DNA of 64,000 bases from Guillardia theta CCMP2712 (Eukaryota > Protista > Cryptophyta): the NCBI RefSeq assembly GCF_000315625.1, contig NW_005434637.1, positions 505,985-569,984 on the forward strand, written 5' to 3'. A program made the position numbers and the translations under genes. Position 1 is the stretch's first letter. Each line of letters opens with the position of its first letter. This document shows positions 39,401-50,800 of the stretch, piece by piece. The notes below the pieces were generated by a model. That model was not told the DNA's origin and did no database searches. It saw nothing but the letters and a program-made list of their open reading frames with translations.

Positions 39401-40816
39401 ATGGTTGCACTTCTTCTGGAAGCTGAAAGTCTTCATCCAAGTCCTCCAACTCCACCTCGGATCGCACCGTAGACTTGTAATTTGCGATAGGATTGATCAA
39501 TGGGTCGAAGTAAAAGCAAGGCAGGTCTGGGTCTTCAGCCTTGATGTAAGTGCATGTCGGGTAATGGTAGACGCCCATGTGCACTTTCCTTGGTCGCGAA
39601 TTGTACAGATATGGGAATGCAACCCTGTATTCCGTTCGAATCTGCTGGCGAACAATAATCTTGTTGATGTCATTGAATTCATTCCAGTCCTCCTCATCAA
39701 CGTTGTCATCGCGATACAAAGGTTCGAATTTCGGACCTCCAGGAATCGCGACATTGAGAGCCTTGGCAGTATAAAAAGATGGCAGATCGAAAAGATAGAA
39801 GTAGTTCCTATCTGTAAGATCCGACAGCAATTGAGAAGCCAAACGGTAGAGGGTTCCCATGATAGGGACATTCAAACGCCATGATCGATAGGACGGTCCG
39901 TTGACGAACTTGGTGTATCGCAAGGGATAGCTACCATCATACAACCAATCGATAACTGGTGCATCTTCATCCTCATCGAGCTCCATCTACAAAATTTGTA
40001 AGGACGAATCAAAAAGCAAGATATGGATTACCTGGATGGCTTCAAGCGGTTCGACATCTAGGATATTGTCTCCAAAGTCCAGAGGAGGTTCCTCATCGTC
40101 AAAAGGTGGAAAGCGCATCCTTCTGAAGTGTCTTCGATCACGCTTCTCACGTCGCATCATAATCCACATTGTTCCCCATTGTGCGATAAATACGGGTTCA
40201 ATCACTTTGGGAATTTCGTTGACGAAGGTGATAGCACCAGTAAGATGGTATAGAACATTGACGTTACGAACCTGTTATGAAGATATCAGGTTTCTGGTGC
40301 TAGATCAGTCAAGGCATACCTGCTCCCATGGCATAGGCATATTCTCGAGCAATTTGAGAACTGCGTGAGGAACGTACTTCAACGCACCGAGGTATACACG
40401 CTTGTCGTGCCTGAACTTTTTGCTAGTCATATCACCATGATCCTTGATGATTTTACGCAAATGTTCTGCGGGAAGATCCTCTTTTTGAGCCTCAACGTAA
40501 CCAAATTTCCTTTTGTCGCCATAGCGCTTTGACTGCAACGATTGCCACTTGCGAGCCTTCTCTTCCAAAATTCTTTCCTGGTCCATGGCGAGGTCTGGCT
40601 GCGAATGGGATTGTTGGGGCGGCATAGGAGCGTTCTATGAAAATGCTCAGAGGTATCGTATAGGGTTTGGTTAGTCTTTACCGGTTGAAATCCAGGTGGT
40701 GGTGGTGGTGCACCGTGTGGCATTCCTCGCATCGGAGGAAAGCCCGGTGGCATTCCTGGCTTGAATCCTGGAGGGAATCCCTGCGGAGGCGGCGGAGGTG
40801 GAGGTTGCCCGGACAT
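33447..40816 (-). CDS. PRP8: Pre-mRNA splicing factor Prp8 (U5 snRNP), 6 exons
   Basis: Unmistakable Prp8 sequence throughout ([58 protein letters not shown]) with a Pro-rich N-terminus. Short introns lie near 40630-40680, 40273-40319, 39987-40031, 37275-37319 and 33540-33590. Confidence 0.99.
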
Positions 40817-41689
40817 TTCCAGATCACTAGAACCATGGTTGTCAAAACATGCTAGCAACATCAAAGAAACTGCTAAATCTATCACAGCATTCGTGTGTGG
40901 GGCTGAATGAATGATTCTTCATGTAAATAAACACTGCCCAGGATGAAAGATATCTACACCATTCAAATGGATAACAAACCGAACAACCTTGATACAGTTT
41001 CAATCCCAATTCTCACGAGTGTACGGTCATACATCTTTCACCAGTCACAGCACAGAGTTGCAGAGGATTCAACAAAAAAGTGCGACGGATTTCACGAATA
41101 ACAAGAAACGAGAAGAAAAAACAGTTGCAATCTCCAATCCCAGCCCGCCATTGCTGACAGACCAAGCGCCTGCAGCTATCATGTGCATTACCTCTCCGCT
41201 TCCTCTCCCGCCGCTGCGCTGTCCTAGCAGGGTCTTAGGATGATAGGTTCTATCTCGTATCAACTAGAGATTCCTAAGACCCCATCAGTGCTCTAGTACC
41301 CTGCATCATACAATGATATAAAATTGTATTGATCAGATACCAAAGATTAGAAGATCTTTACTATGGTTATTGAATTATATAGATTTCTGGAGAAGTGACT
41401 GTTTATTAGTAATGAATGTAAACCAATATTCTGTTATTAAAGTATATGTACGTGATATTCTGAAACTAAATCAATAGAATTTTGTTAGTGGTAGCAATTA
41501 CTTGTACAACTTCCAGTACCATGAACCAATCCCAGAATCGGCTAGTTCCAAAAAAGATGTTTTAAAAAAGTTTTAGAGAGAACAATCTCGTGCACGGGTG
41601 AAGCGGCACATCAATCCCCCTAGGTCAAGGTCTCACATTTTCTAGCTGTGGAAATAGTAAATTCAGACAGGGTAACAAAAGAGGTAACA

Positions 41690-43100
41690 GACCTTGCATT
41701 GAGCCCGTCTGTCCGGCCCGGGCAGACCCTGACCGGGGCCAAACCACTTTCACTCAATCGGCGCCCTGAGAGTCTCAAACCGTGACTACTGAGGCTCGGA
41801 GCTTTGAACCCCGGCCGGCCCACCGTTGCTAAGTTCACGGTTTACGGTAGTACAACGGGTGGCGCGCGGCCCGGGCCCGGGGGAGCCCAAGTCCTCTTCA
41901 CTCCTATCATACCTGCGGCCGGAGACTGAGTCCACTGACCGGCGGCCGGGCGTGAACACGGCAGTCACGGTGACGGAATACAAGTTTGTTAGACTTGTAC
42001 TAGTCCAAAGTCACGCAGATTTCACATCGACCTTAGTTGTAACAAGACAGTTTTTGCTCAAGACCGAGTTTAATGACACACAAAACCAGAATTCTCGGAG
42101 TAGCACATGAGAGATAGAGGCTGTATGCTAGGATGTGAAACCCAAGCATCCAGACATGAGAGGACCTTAGCAACTTGGCAAGACGGCTAGGAAAGCCCCC
42201 CTCTTCGTCCCACACGCTACATCGTCCGCCTTGCCACGTAAGTCGTCTTGGTTTACAGGAGAGTTTTTGTTAACTCGGCGCTATCTGACTGGCACGGCTG
42301 GCATACGTTCCATCAAACACTGAACACTGACGACGGTTGAGAGGCTCACTCCCGAGGGCGAGTCCCGGCGGGCCGGGGGGACGGTCACCGGCCCGGGGCC
42401 CGGACCGTGGTGACCTGACCGTGACTCAGTGAGATCGTCTCAGAGTCTCACCGCCCGGCCGTACAGCTAAACACTTTCGGGCCAACTGAACTTTCTCAAC
42501 ACTCAGGGCACCACTAGGCCCCGGTTCGGAGTTCAACTTCCGGGCTTCATCGTCCCTTCAAGTTGCCGCTCTCAGTTCGGTCTACCGAGGCAAGTTTCCG
42601 AATGCCGCACGAAAGACCTCCGAAGGCCTCGCCGGATGGGGTTCGTACTGATTTTTGACTTACTTTGAGCACTTAACCCCCGGCCCAGCCGGGCTGAACT
42701 TCTCCGACGCCGTCACCATGAACTTGCCAAGTTGTCCGCCCGGGTCACCGTGGCTGACCGTACAGCGGCCCGCACGGCCGGCGGGCTAGTAACCCGGTTC
42801 ATCATCATGACATGCCACTTACTTAAAGTTAAGTTAAAGAGGCTTGACCCGTTGAACGACTTGACTTGAAAGACAGCTGCGGTTGATCGGACTCGGACTC
42901 GCGGGCCGGGCCCATTCTAAGTTGAATCTGACGAGTGCAACCATCTCTAACCGCCGCCGCGGCTTGGCCGCAAGACGTTGAATGATCATGTCACAAGTGG
43001 CGCAACGGCGGCGGAAAGTAGCCAGCGGCCGCTCCTCCGACAGCGTCACGATCAGCCTTGCTAGGATTCGATGATCACGTGACCGTGACCGGCCGTCCAG
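41690..43100. other. Non-coding GC-rich region dense in short palindromes (GGCC, CCGG, CCCGGG, GTCAC/GTGAC, GAGTC/GACTC)
   Basis: No credible ORF or splice pattern. Examples are GGCGCGCGGCCCGGGCCCGG, GTCACGGTGAC and CCGGCCCGGGGCCCGG. Confidence 0.6.
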
Positions 43101-43228
43101 AGGCCTCTAAAACTACATAAAGCTGCTCCTGCCTCCCCAGCCTCAACCGTAAGTTAAATCAAACTTTCATGCAACTTCGCCAGAGTTTACATGCGAACTG
43201 CAAGTCCATACAAAGCCTTTGAAGGCTC

Positions 43229-43862
43229 TTAGTTAAATGCTCTTGGCCTGTATTTGCCAGCAGCGAGCTCTTCTTCCATCTGCTTCTGAATCATTGCGAT
43301 GTACTCACGCTCCAACTTGGTCATCTTCACTGAATGCTCGTTCTGCACATCCTCCCAATTCGGCATACCGAGGAAAGCATGCACGTCCCTGATGCTGCAA
43401 GCTAGGATTATGCTCACGAAGAAGGTAATGAGGACCAGGACGAGCAGAAATGAGAGTCTGCTGCCCTGAGATGAAAGCGGGGGCCTCAAGTCCTTGTACT
43501 GGTCACAAATAGCAGCATGTCAGAGCTTTCCTTTTCATTCCCGCATCCAACGTGTCTTACCTTTTCAGCGTACGCCCTCCTCTTTCTGACCTTGATGTCT
43601 CTTTCCGACAAAGTGCTCGAGTTAGAAATGACTGAGGACGTTGTGCTTGCTGAGTCCCTCCCTCGCGCAATCCGCCGCAGCTCACTGGCAGTACTGAAAC
43701 CATATTTCTGCACAAGAAACGTGTCAACAGATGTCAAAAATGGATCAAATATTTACATTCCCCGTTAATTCGGTGTGGTCCTCTTGATCAGACATGTGAG
43801 TGGGCGGCAAAGTCCTGTCAAACTCTACCAAAGAACGATTAAATTGCAAAGTTTCCGCCATC
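43229..43862 (-). CDS. Small hypothetical membrane protein, multi-exon
   Basis: Exons flanked by about 49-nt GT-AG introns. One TM segment (SFLLVLVLITFFVSIILACSI) and a C-terminal coiled coil. The start is uncertain. Confidence 0.5.
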
Positions 43863-44134
43863 AAAGACAGGTGTGGAACCTAGTTGGAACTGACGTTGTG
43901 AAGAACATGAATACCTTAATTTTGAATCTTTGATTTCTTCACACTTGGCATAAGAGAGGAAATTCAAAATTCCATGACTCTCAAAAAGCTCTTTTGTACC
44001 AAACATGGGAAAAATGAATGGATCAATACCAATGGCTCCCTCCCACTCTCTCACGCTCCCCGTGCTCCCGCCCCCCCCCCCCCAAACTCCCGTGCTCCCC
44101 TCCCCCTCCCTCCCTCTCCCCCATCCCCCTCTTT

Positions 44135-44200
44135 CTCCCTCTCCCCCTCCTTCTCCCTCTCCCTCTCCCTCTCCCTCTCCCTCTCCCTCTCCCTCTCCCT
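44135..44200. repeat. (CTCTCC)n hexamer microsatellite within a C-rich tract
   Basis: Directly visible. Confidence 0.9.
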
Positions 44201-44205
44201 CACAC

Positions 44206-44332
44206 ATCTTCTCATACACTTTTTCGAATTGAGTCTCAATCATGACATTTGCCTCTCTATTGCTCTAGTCCCAAACACCCTCAAGATGGTTGACTCCCTG
44301 GCACCACTTGTACACAAGAAGCGGAGGAGGTT
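44206..44332 (-). pseudogene. PRP8: 127-bp duplicated PRP8 exon fragment with premature stop
   Basis: Matches 37597-37723 with 4 substitutions. One converts the Tyr codon TAC of VWDYSN to TAG. Confidence 0.92.
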
Positions 44333-44536
44333 GACTCCCTGTCATCTCTCTTCTACCACCTGCCTTCTTCATCGAAAAAGCAACTCGTACATCGAATGAT
44401 TTGTTTTTTTCACTAGTCAAAGGACCCCACTGTGAGAGGCACACTACCCCCTCTCTATCTATTACTGTTTTGAAAGAAGGGTATCGAACCCGAAAAATTA
44501 ATCAGTTAGGGGGTGGGGTCCCTGGCGACTGATGAG

Positions 44537-47500
44537 ATGCAAGGGGCGGCGTTCGCACTTGTAGCAGCATGGGCAGCAGGAATGGCAGGAGGGAGCGAGG
44601 GATATGGAATGTCGTGCCAGTATGATAATGACTGCGGCTACAGCAGCTGCAGAATCTCTGGCTACAGCTCTGCATGCTACAAAGGCGATGACAACCTGGA
44701 ACCACGCCTTCGTCCCCAGAGGTTCAACTGCGTGTGGACCAGTGGTTGTGCCTGTTACTACTTCAAAGCGGCTGTAGTTGTTGCATCGTGTAATTGCACC
44801 AATCAGCCGTGTAACAGCGTCTCTCCAGAGAACCCCCTCTGCCCTGCCGGGGTGATAGAGGTCTGTCCTACCCCTAATTGCGATGCCAAGGATGATTTGG
44901 CGCACTGGACCGGATCAGGCTGCGATTGGCAGTGCAACACAGGCTACTGGAGGGATAGTGCGAATAAGTGCCAGCCATGCACGCAATGTCAGATAGGGCA
45001 ATACGCGTCGACAGTGTGCAGCCCAACAACCAATGCAGTATGTTCCAATTGCCCCGAGAAATCAGTATCTGTGTACAACAATGTGCCGATATCAGGTTGC
45101 AAATGTGGTGCTGGATACTCTGGAACCATCGCATTCAGTTGGAGTACATGTCAAGCTTGCAGCAAGGGCAAATACAAGGACATCATAGGCACATCAAACT
45201 GTGTAGCATGTCCTGCTGGCAAATATTCGGAGATTGACGCGGCGCCTTCGTTAGGCAATTGCCTGCAGTGCCCAAACAACTCCTATTCTCCCGAGGGGAG
45301 TCCGCAGAGAACCAGCTGCACTTGCAATGCTGGTTATTGGGGTCCGCACGGCGGCAACTGTACAGCATGCCGAGGCGGTAAATTTTCCAATATCTCTGGG
45401 TCTTTGACTGTCGACACGTGCAAGAGCTGTCTGCCTGGCCAATACTCCTATGATGGCTCTACCGTGTGTCTAAAATGTCCAGCAAATACTTACAGCGAGG
45501 TGCCTGTATCAAACGTCAGCCTTTGCACTCCATGCACGCGATATGCGGTTTCAAACCCAGGTAGTATTTCGAGTGCATCGTGCAAATGCAACTACGGGTA
45601 CTACAGCTCCGATCCCTCCACCTGCTCTGCTTGCAAGGAAGGCACTTACACCGCAGAGCTTGGGCTCACTCAGTGCTCCTATTGTCCCAGAAATAATTAC
45701 TCTGCAGCTGCGTCCTCCACATGTTATGATTGCCCTGTGAATACCTATTCAACATACGGAATTTGTTTGTGCGTGGCTGGTTACATCAAATCGGCGCAGG
45801 GAGTTTGTGTTCCATGTGGAGCAGGAAAATTTCGAGCAGTGGCTGATCAAGTCTGCAATGAATGCCCTGCTGGAAAATTTTCATCCCTTGCCGTGGCTAC
45901 GTCGTCTACCCAGTGCATGGACTGTCCAACGAATTCAATGTCGAAAGCTGGAAGTACCTCTAAATCTGCCTGTGTCTGTTATGCAGGATACTTTGGACCT
46001 GACTGTATACAGTGCCCTGCAGGAACCTACAGATCTGACATAACTGCAAGCGCATGCACGCCCTGTGCGGCTGGAAATTTTTCTACGGTAGTGGGCGCCA
46101 CCAGCCCCACGGTGTGTGTCCAATGTGCTGATGGTACTGTCGCTCCGCTCCCAGGAGCTTCTACTTGCATGCAATGCTCTACATGTCGGTTTCCAACCTT
46201 CAAGACTAAATCCTGCAATCGCACAGTTGACACGGTATGCACACCATGTTCAAACTGCACAAAGACGCAATACATTTCGTCAGAATGCTCTCCGCTTTCA
46301 GACAGGATCTGTGCAGATTGCCAACAATGTCCAACCGGGAAATACATCTACTCAGAATGCAAGGCTGTTAATGATTGCCGTGACTGTACAGTATGCGGGC
46401 AGGGAGAATATAACCTTGTGAACTGCTCGTTCCAGAATAACGCAGTATGCACCCTATGCGCGAAGGGAAAGTACAAGGTCTTCGTGGGATCACAGCCTTG
46501 CATTGATTGTGAGCCGGGAAAATACAACACCAATGCTGGACTATCCTTCTGTATGTCTTGCGCTGCAGGAACTTACGCATTAGCCAATAACGCGGATCCA
46601 CCTTGTGCAGTGTGCGCTGCAGGGAAATACTCTGCTGCATCAGGAAGCTCGACCTGCACGAGTTGTCCTTCGGATCAGTACAGTGATATGAGTGGCAGTA
46701 CCGCCTGCAAGACTTGCCAGATCTGTAAAATTTCAGAGTACCAATGGAGTCCTTGCAGTAGAACTTCGGATGCAAGATGCTCTTCTTGCCCACTGGGCAA
46801 GTACAGGTTCGATCCGAATTCACAAACCTGCACAGGTTGCTATGCTGGAAAGTACTTTTTCAAGGACAGCCCTGCTGCTATTGCATGCTTCGATTGCGAG
46901 GAAGGGAAATACTCGCTGGGAGATTCAACTCCATGCATCCAATGTGAAATCGGCAAGTTCAACCCCACCAAAGGAGCCTCAACTTGCTCCATCTGCCCTC
47001 CCTCAACCATCTCCCCGGTGGGCGCGACTACCTCTTTTGCGTGTCAGATTTATGTCAGCCTGTCAATGCAGTTGACAGTCGCCAACAGCTTCGATGCTTC
47101 GCAGCAGACTACCTTTTCCAGTGTCATCGCCCAGTACCTTCAGGTTGATTTGAACTCAGTTTTGATAACCCAGTCTTCGTCGGCGAGGCGAGCCAGCATC
47201 CTGGTCAAGGTCAGCGTGGCAATTCTGTGCAACTCGGAGCAGGAGGCTGTGGGTGTAGAGAAGCTACTCGCGTCAGGTGTCCTCCAGCAGCGCCTTGCTA
47301 CTGCTGGCTTCTCAGACATCTCGAAATTTGAGTACAAGCGTGGAGCTAGTCTTGCAAGTAGCTCGCTCAGCGCAGGCTTCATAGTTCTCTACGTGCTAAT
47401 CGCCTTTGCTGGGGTCCTGCTGATCGGTGCAGGCGTCTACACCTACGCGCGCAGAAAGTTGCTGTACGTGGAGACGATGGGAGACGAGCTGGTGCCTTCC

Positions 47501-47854
47501 AAGGAGCCGCCGATCGACGTCGAAGAGCCGGACCACTCGCTACAGCTTGTCTTCAGCCACAGCAGCAGGACAGAACTGCCCCCGGAGAAATGCGTGTGGA
47601 TGGGAGCAACGTTGCAAGAAAGCATGCAGAAGGACATGGAGGCTTTCTTTGTCAACCTGAGCTCGCGGGCTTACGACGACATCATTGCCAGGGAGGGAAG
47701 GATGCTGGAGATCGCGGACAACCTCCGCACAAGCGACCCGATGATCGCCACCAGCATCTTTGAGGGGCTCGAGGCTGTGCATAACAGCAGGGGAGAGCGC
47801 ATGCGAGCGGAAGAAATGCGGAACAAGAAGGAGAGACTGCTGCAGGTCACTTGA
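44537..47854 (+). CDS. Type I membrane protein with many GCC2/GCC3 (ephrin-receptor-like) and TNFR-like Cys-rich repeats, SEA-like juxtamembrane domain and cytoplasmic tail, intronless
   Basis: Signal peptide MQGAAFALVAAWAAGMAGG. Repeated C-x2-C-P-x-G-x-Y/F units. TM segment FIVLYVLIAFAGVLLIGAGVYTY followed by ARRK. Confidence 0.88.
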   Translation: MQGAAFALVAAWAAGMAGGSEGYGMSCQYDNDCGYSSCRISGYSSACYKGDDNLEPRLRPQRFNCVWTSGCACYYFKAAVVVASCNCTNQPCNSVSPENPLCPAGVIEVCPTPNCDAKDDLAHWTGSGCDWQCNTGYWRDSANKCQPCTQCQIGQYASTVCSPTTNAVCSNCPEKSVSVYNNVPISGCKCGAGYSGTIAFSWSTCQACSKGKYKDIIGTSNCVACPAGKYSEIDAAPSLGNCLQCPNNSYSPEGSPQRTSCTCNAGYWGPHGGNCTACRGGKFSNISGSLTVDTCKSCLPGQYSYDGSTVCLKCPANTYSEVPVSNVSLCTPCTRYAVSNPGSISSASCKCNYGYYSSDPSTCSACKEGTYTAELGLTQCSYCPRNNYSAAASSTCYDCPVNTYSTYGICLCVAGYIKSAQGVCVPCGAGKFRAVADQVCNECPAGKFSSLAVATSSTQCMDCPTNSMSKAGSTSKSACVCYAGYFGPDCIQCPAGTYRSDITASACTPCAAGNFSTVVGATSPTVCVQCADGTVAPLPGASTCMQCSTCRFPTFKTKSCNRTVDTVCTPCSNCTKTQYISSECSPLSDRICADCQQCPTGKYIYSECKAVNDCRDCTVCGQGEYNLVNCSFQNNAVCTLCAKGKYKVFVGSQPCIDCEPGKYNTNAGLSFCMSCAAGTYALANNADPPCAVCAAGKYSAASGSSTCTSCPSDQYSDMSGSTACKTCQICKISEYQWSPCSRTSDARCSSCPLGKYRFDPNSQTCTGCYAGKYFFKDSPAAIACFDCEEGKYSLGDSTPCIQCEIGKFNPTKGASTCSICPPSTISPVGATTSFACQIYVSLSMQLTVANSFDASQQTTFSSVIAQYLQVDLNSVLITQSSSARRASILVKVSVAILCNSEQEAVGVEKLLASGVLQQRLATAGFSDISKFEYKRGASLASSSLSAGFIVLYVLIAFAGVLLIGAGVYTYARRKLLYVETMGDELVPSKEPPIDVEEPDHSLQLVFSHSSRTELPPEKCVWMGATLQESMQKDMEAFFVNLSSRAYDDIIAREGRMLEIADNLRTSDPMIATSIFEGLEAVHNSRGERMRAEEMRNKKERLLQVT

Positions 47855-47880
47855 TGGCTCGGGCTTATATGTACAGTAAT

Positions 47881-50800
47881 CTAACGACCTGCTCCATCAC
47901 GTCGAGGGAGGAGTGCTATCGCAAGTCCAGAGGGGACCGATGCCACAAGGTCCCTTGGGGTTCTGCTACCCTTGTTACCAAAGGAAGGCAAGGGAGTAAA
48001 GAGGAATGAAGAGAAGGGGGTGAGCGGGAGGGAGCGAGAAGAGGCAGGAGGGAGGAAGGCAGTGAAGTACTGATGACCTCGCAAGCGCAGTCTTGGCAGA
48101 CAGGATTGGAGTCCGTCCCTCCATTTTTGAAAGTGCCCTGATCGCATGTCAACGGGCACTGACCGCAGTTGCAATTAGCCGTGGAGGAAGAGCATTTCAA
48201 ACAGTTGTCCCAGGAGGGATTCGGGTCCAGGTAGCTGATAAAGACAAGAATTCAGTTGCCTGTAAGAAATGAGAATGTGAAGCACCTCCCTCTCCCTTGC
48301 ATGTTCGAGCACTTGACGCATCTGCGCATTCACATAAGACCCGCGGCTTCATTGCGGTCGATCGTCACCCGTCCCGCGAGTAGGTGGTGCAGTTGTAGAA
48401 TTCTCCGCTGCCGCAGCTGAGGGAACATGTCAGGAGAAGGAGCCTTCCAACCACAAGGCCGCACGGGTTTGTGCTTGGGACAGGCGAGCAAGGCAGGCAG
48501 GTGTTGGGCCGGAGCGAGTTCGAGTAGTTGGATCGTTTTAGCTCCTCGTTGTAGACGTTGGGCAGGTGGCTCAAGAGATAGAACTGGCCGGGAAGGCATT
48601 CCCAGAGGCAGGGCTTGTCATGGATGGTTGGACTCACTGACAAGAGGCAACAAGATCAGCAACAGAGGCTGCGAACAGCAGGCAGACCATAGGAAGCGTT
48701 CCTGGGTAGGAACCAAGGTTTACACGCGGAACATCTGCCATCGGACAATCAGCCTAGTCAGAACTTGATGTTGCCACGTCACCCGACGTTGTCGATGACC
48801 ATCTTGTACCGTCCTGCAGCACAGAGAACACACTCCAAAGCGGATGCCTGAAGATTCTGCACGCCGCTCAACACGTCGGCTCGTTACCACAAGTCTTACC
48901 GTGGGCTCATACCCCGCATTGCACTTGCACACTGTGGATGCAGTCTGTAGTGCGCTGGAATGAGCCGGACAGGCGGTGCAATCTATGTTTGCAGTTTGAT
49001 CCTTGTACTTCTGCTCATACGGCAATGATGAGCAGCAGCAACATTCACAAGTTTGTGCGTACTCCTGGAACACAAGCGACGCAAATAGTCTCGTTCACAA
49101 CTCCATAGCCAGCACTGAATGGACGAAGCGTCACAAACTTTGACTCATCACACCGCTTCAATCTCACTTGCACTTGCAGTCTGAGATGATTGTGCTTGCC
49201 TCTTTCGAGAAGCTATGATCCGGACAACTGAGACATGCCTGCACGTTGGTGGCAGCGAGGGAGTCTGAGTACCTGCAACGAACATGAGAGACAGAAGGTC
49301 ATCAACATTCAGTCTTCACTTGGAAACAGGGCAAGAGTTGCATGGAGCCGAGCCAGAATTTGACTTGTACTTGCCCATGGGACATGCGGAGCAGTTCAGA
49401 CCGTTCTCACCATAGTATCCCTTGTCGCAGACACAGCTCAGCCTCGAATCGGCTCCTGACTGCGAGATCATGTTGTTGGGACAAGAAGTACAGTTGTATG
49501 GGCCAAACACGTCCTTGTACTTTCCTGCTTCGCTGCGAGACATTCAGATTGCAGGAGAGTTCATAGAGAGCACAGTACGCGTACCATGCGACGCAATAGG
49601 GAAGCTGGGACGGGTTCAATCCTTCGCCTGGATTGCAACCACATTGTTGTAGCAGCAGTTGGAAGGAGCTCTCCGACAAGTCGAATTGAGGATAGAGACT
49701 GACATGTGCCGATGCGATGGGGAACCACTTCCAATAGTAAAGTGTCGGGCAAGATTTGCACATTTCTACAGAGCTTGCTCCTTTCACATCCGAAAATGTC
49801 GACGGCGGGCAAGTGATGCACGAGGTGGCGCTCACGTTCCTGTATTTCCCTTCAGGACAGGCTGAGCACGTAGTGCTGTTGACAAGCTCATGGACATAGC
49901 CTGGATTGCAGGTACAGTTCAAAACGCTCCACGATCCAGCTGGAGAGCTTGAGTTTGACGTACAGTGCGTACAAGTCTTCGTTGAGTTAGCGGTGTATGT
50001 GTTGGCCGGACATGGAGAGCAAGCATAGTTGCCCACACTATTCTTGACATACCCCCTGGGACACTCGCTGCAGACTAGCTCCTGCCCGCCTTCATACCCA
50101 TATCCTTCGATGCAAGTGCAGTTCCATTTGTCTTGCGATCTGTTCCCTGACACTGAATGTAGAGGGCATGTTTCACATGTAGTGCGCGAGACCGAGGAAT
50201 AGGTGTTGGCCGGACATGGAGAGCAAGCATAGTTGCCCACACTATTCTTGACATACCCCCTGGGACACTCGCTGCAGACTAGCTCCTGCCCGCCTTCATA
50301 CCCATATCCTTCGATGCAAGTGCAGTTCCATTTGTCTTGCGATCTGTTCCCTGACACTGAATGTAGAGGGCATGTTTCACATGTAGTGCGCGAGACCGAG
50401 GAATAGGTGTTGGCCGGACATGGAGAGCAAGCATAGTTGCCCACACTATTCTTGACATACCCCCTGGGACACTCGCTGCAGACTAGCTCCTGCCCGCCTT
50501 CATACCCATATCCTTCGATGCAAGTGCAGTTCCATTTGTCTTGCGATCTGTTCCCTGACACTGAATGTAGAGGGCATGTTTCACATGTAGTGCGCGAGAC
50601 CGAGGAATAGGTGTTGGCCGGACATGGAGAGCAAGCATAGTTGCCCACACTATTCTTGACATACCCCCTGGGACACTCGCTGCAGACTAGCTCCTGCCCG
50701 CCTTCATACCCATATCCTTCGATGCAAGTGCAGTTCCATTTGTCTTGCGATCTGTTCCCTGACACTGAATGTAGAGGGCATGTTTCACATGTAGTGCGCG

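Noticed and set aside
33596-39884. Many long plus-strand ORFs opposite PRP8
   Set aside because: They are antisense frames kept open by codon bias, with no recognisable motifs.
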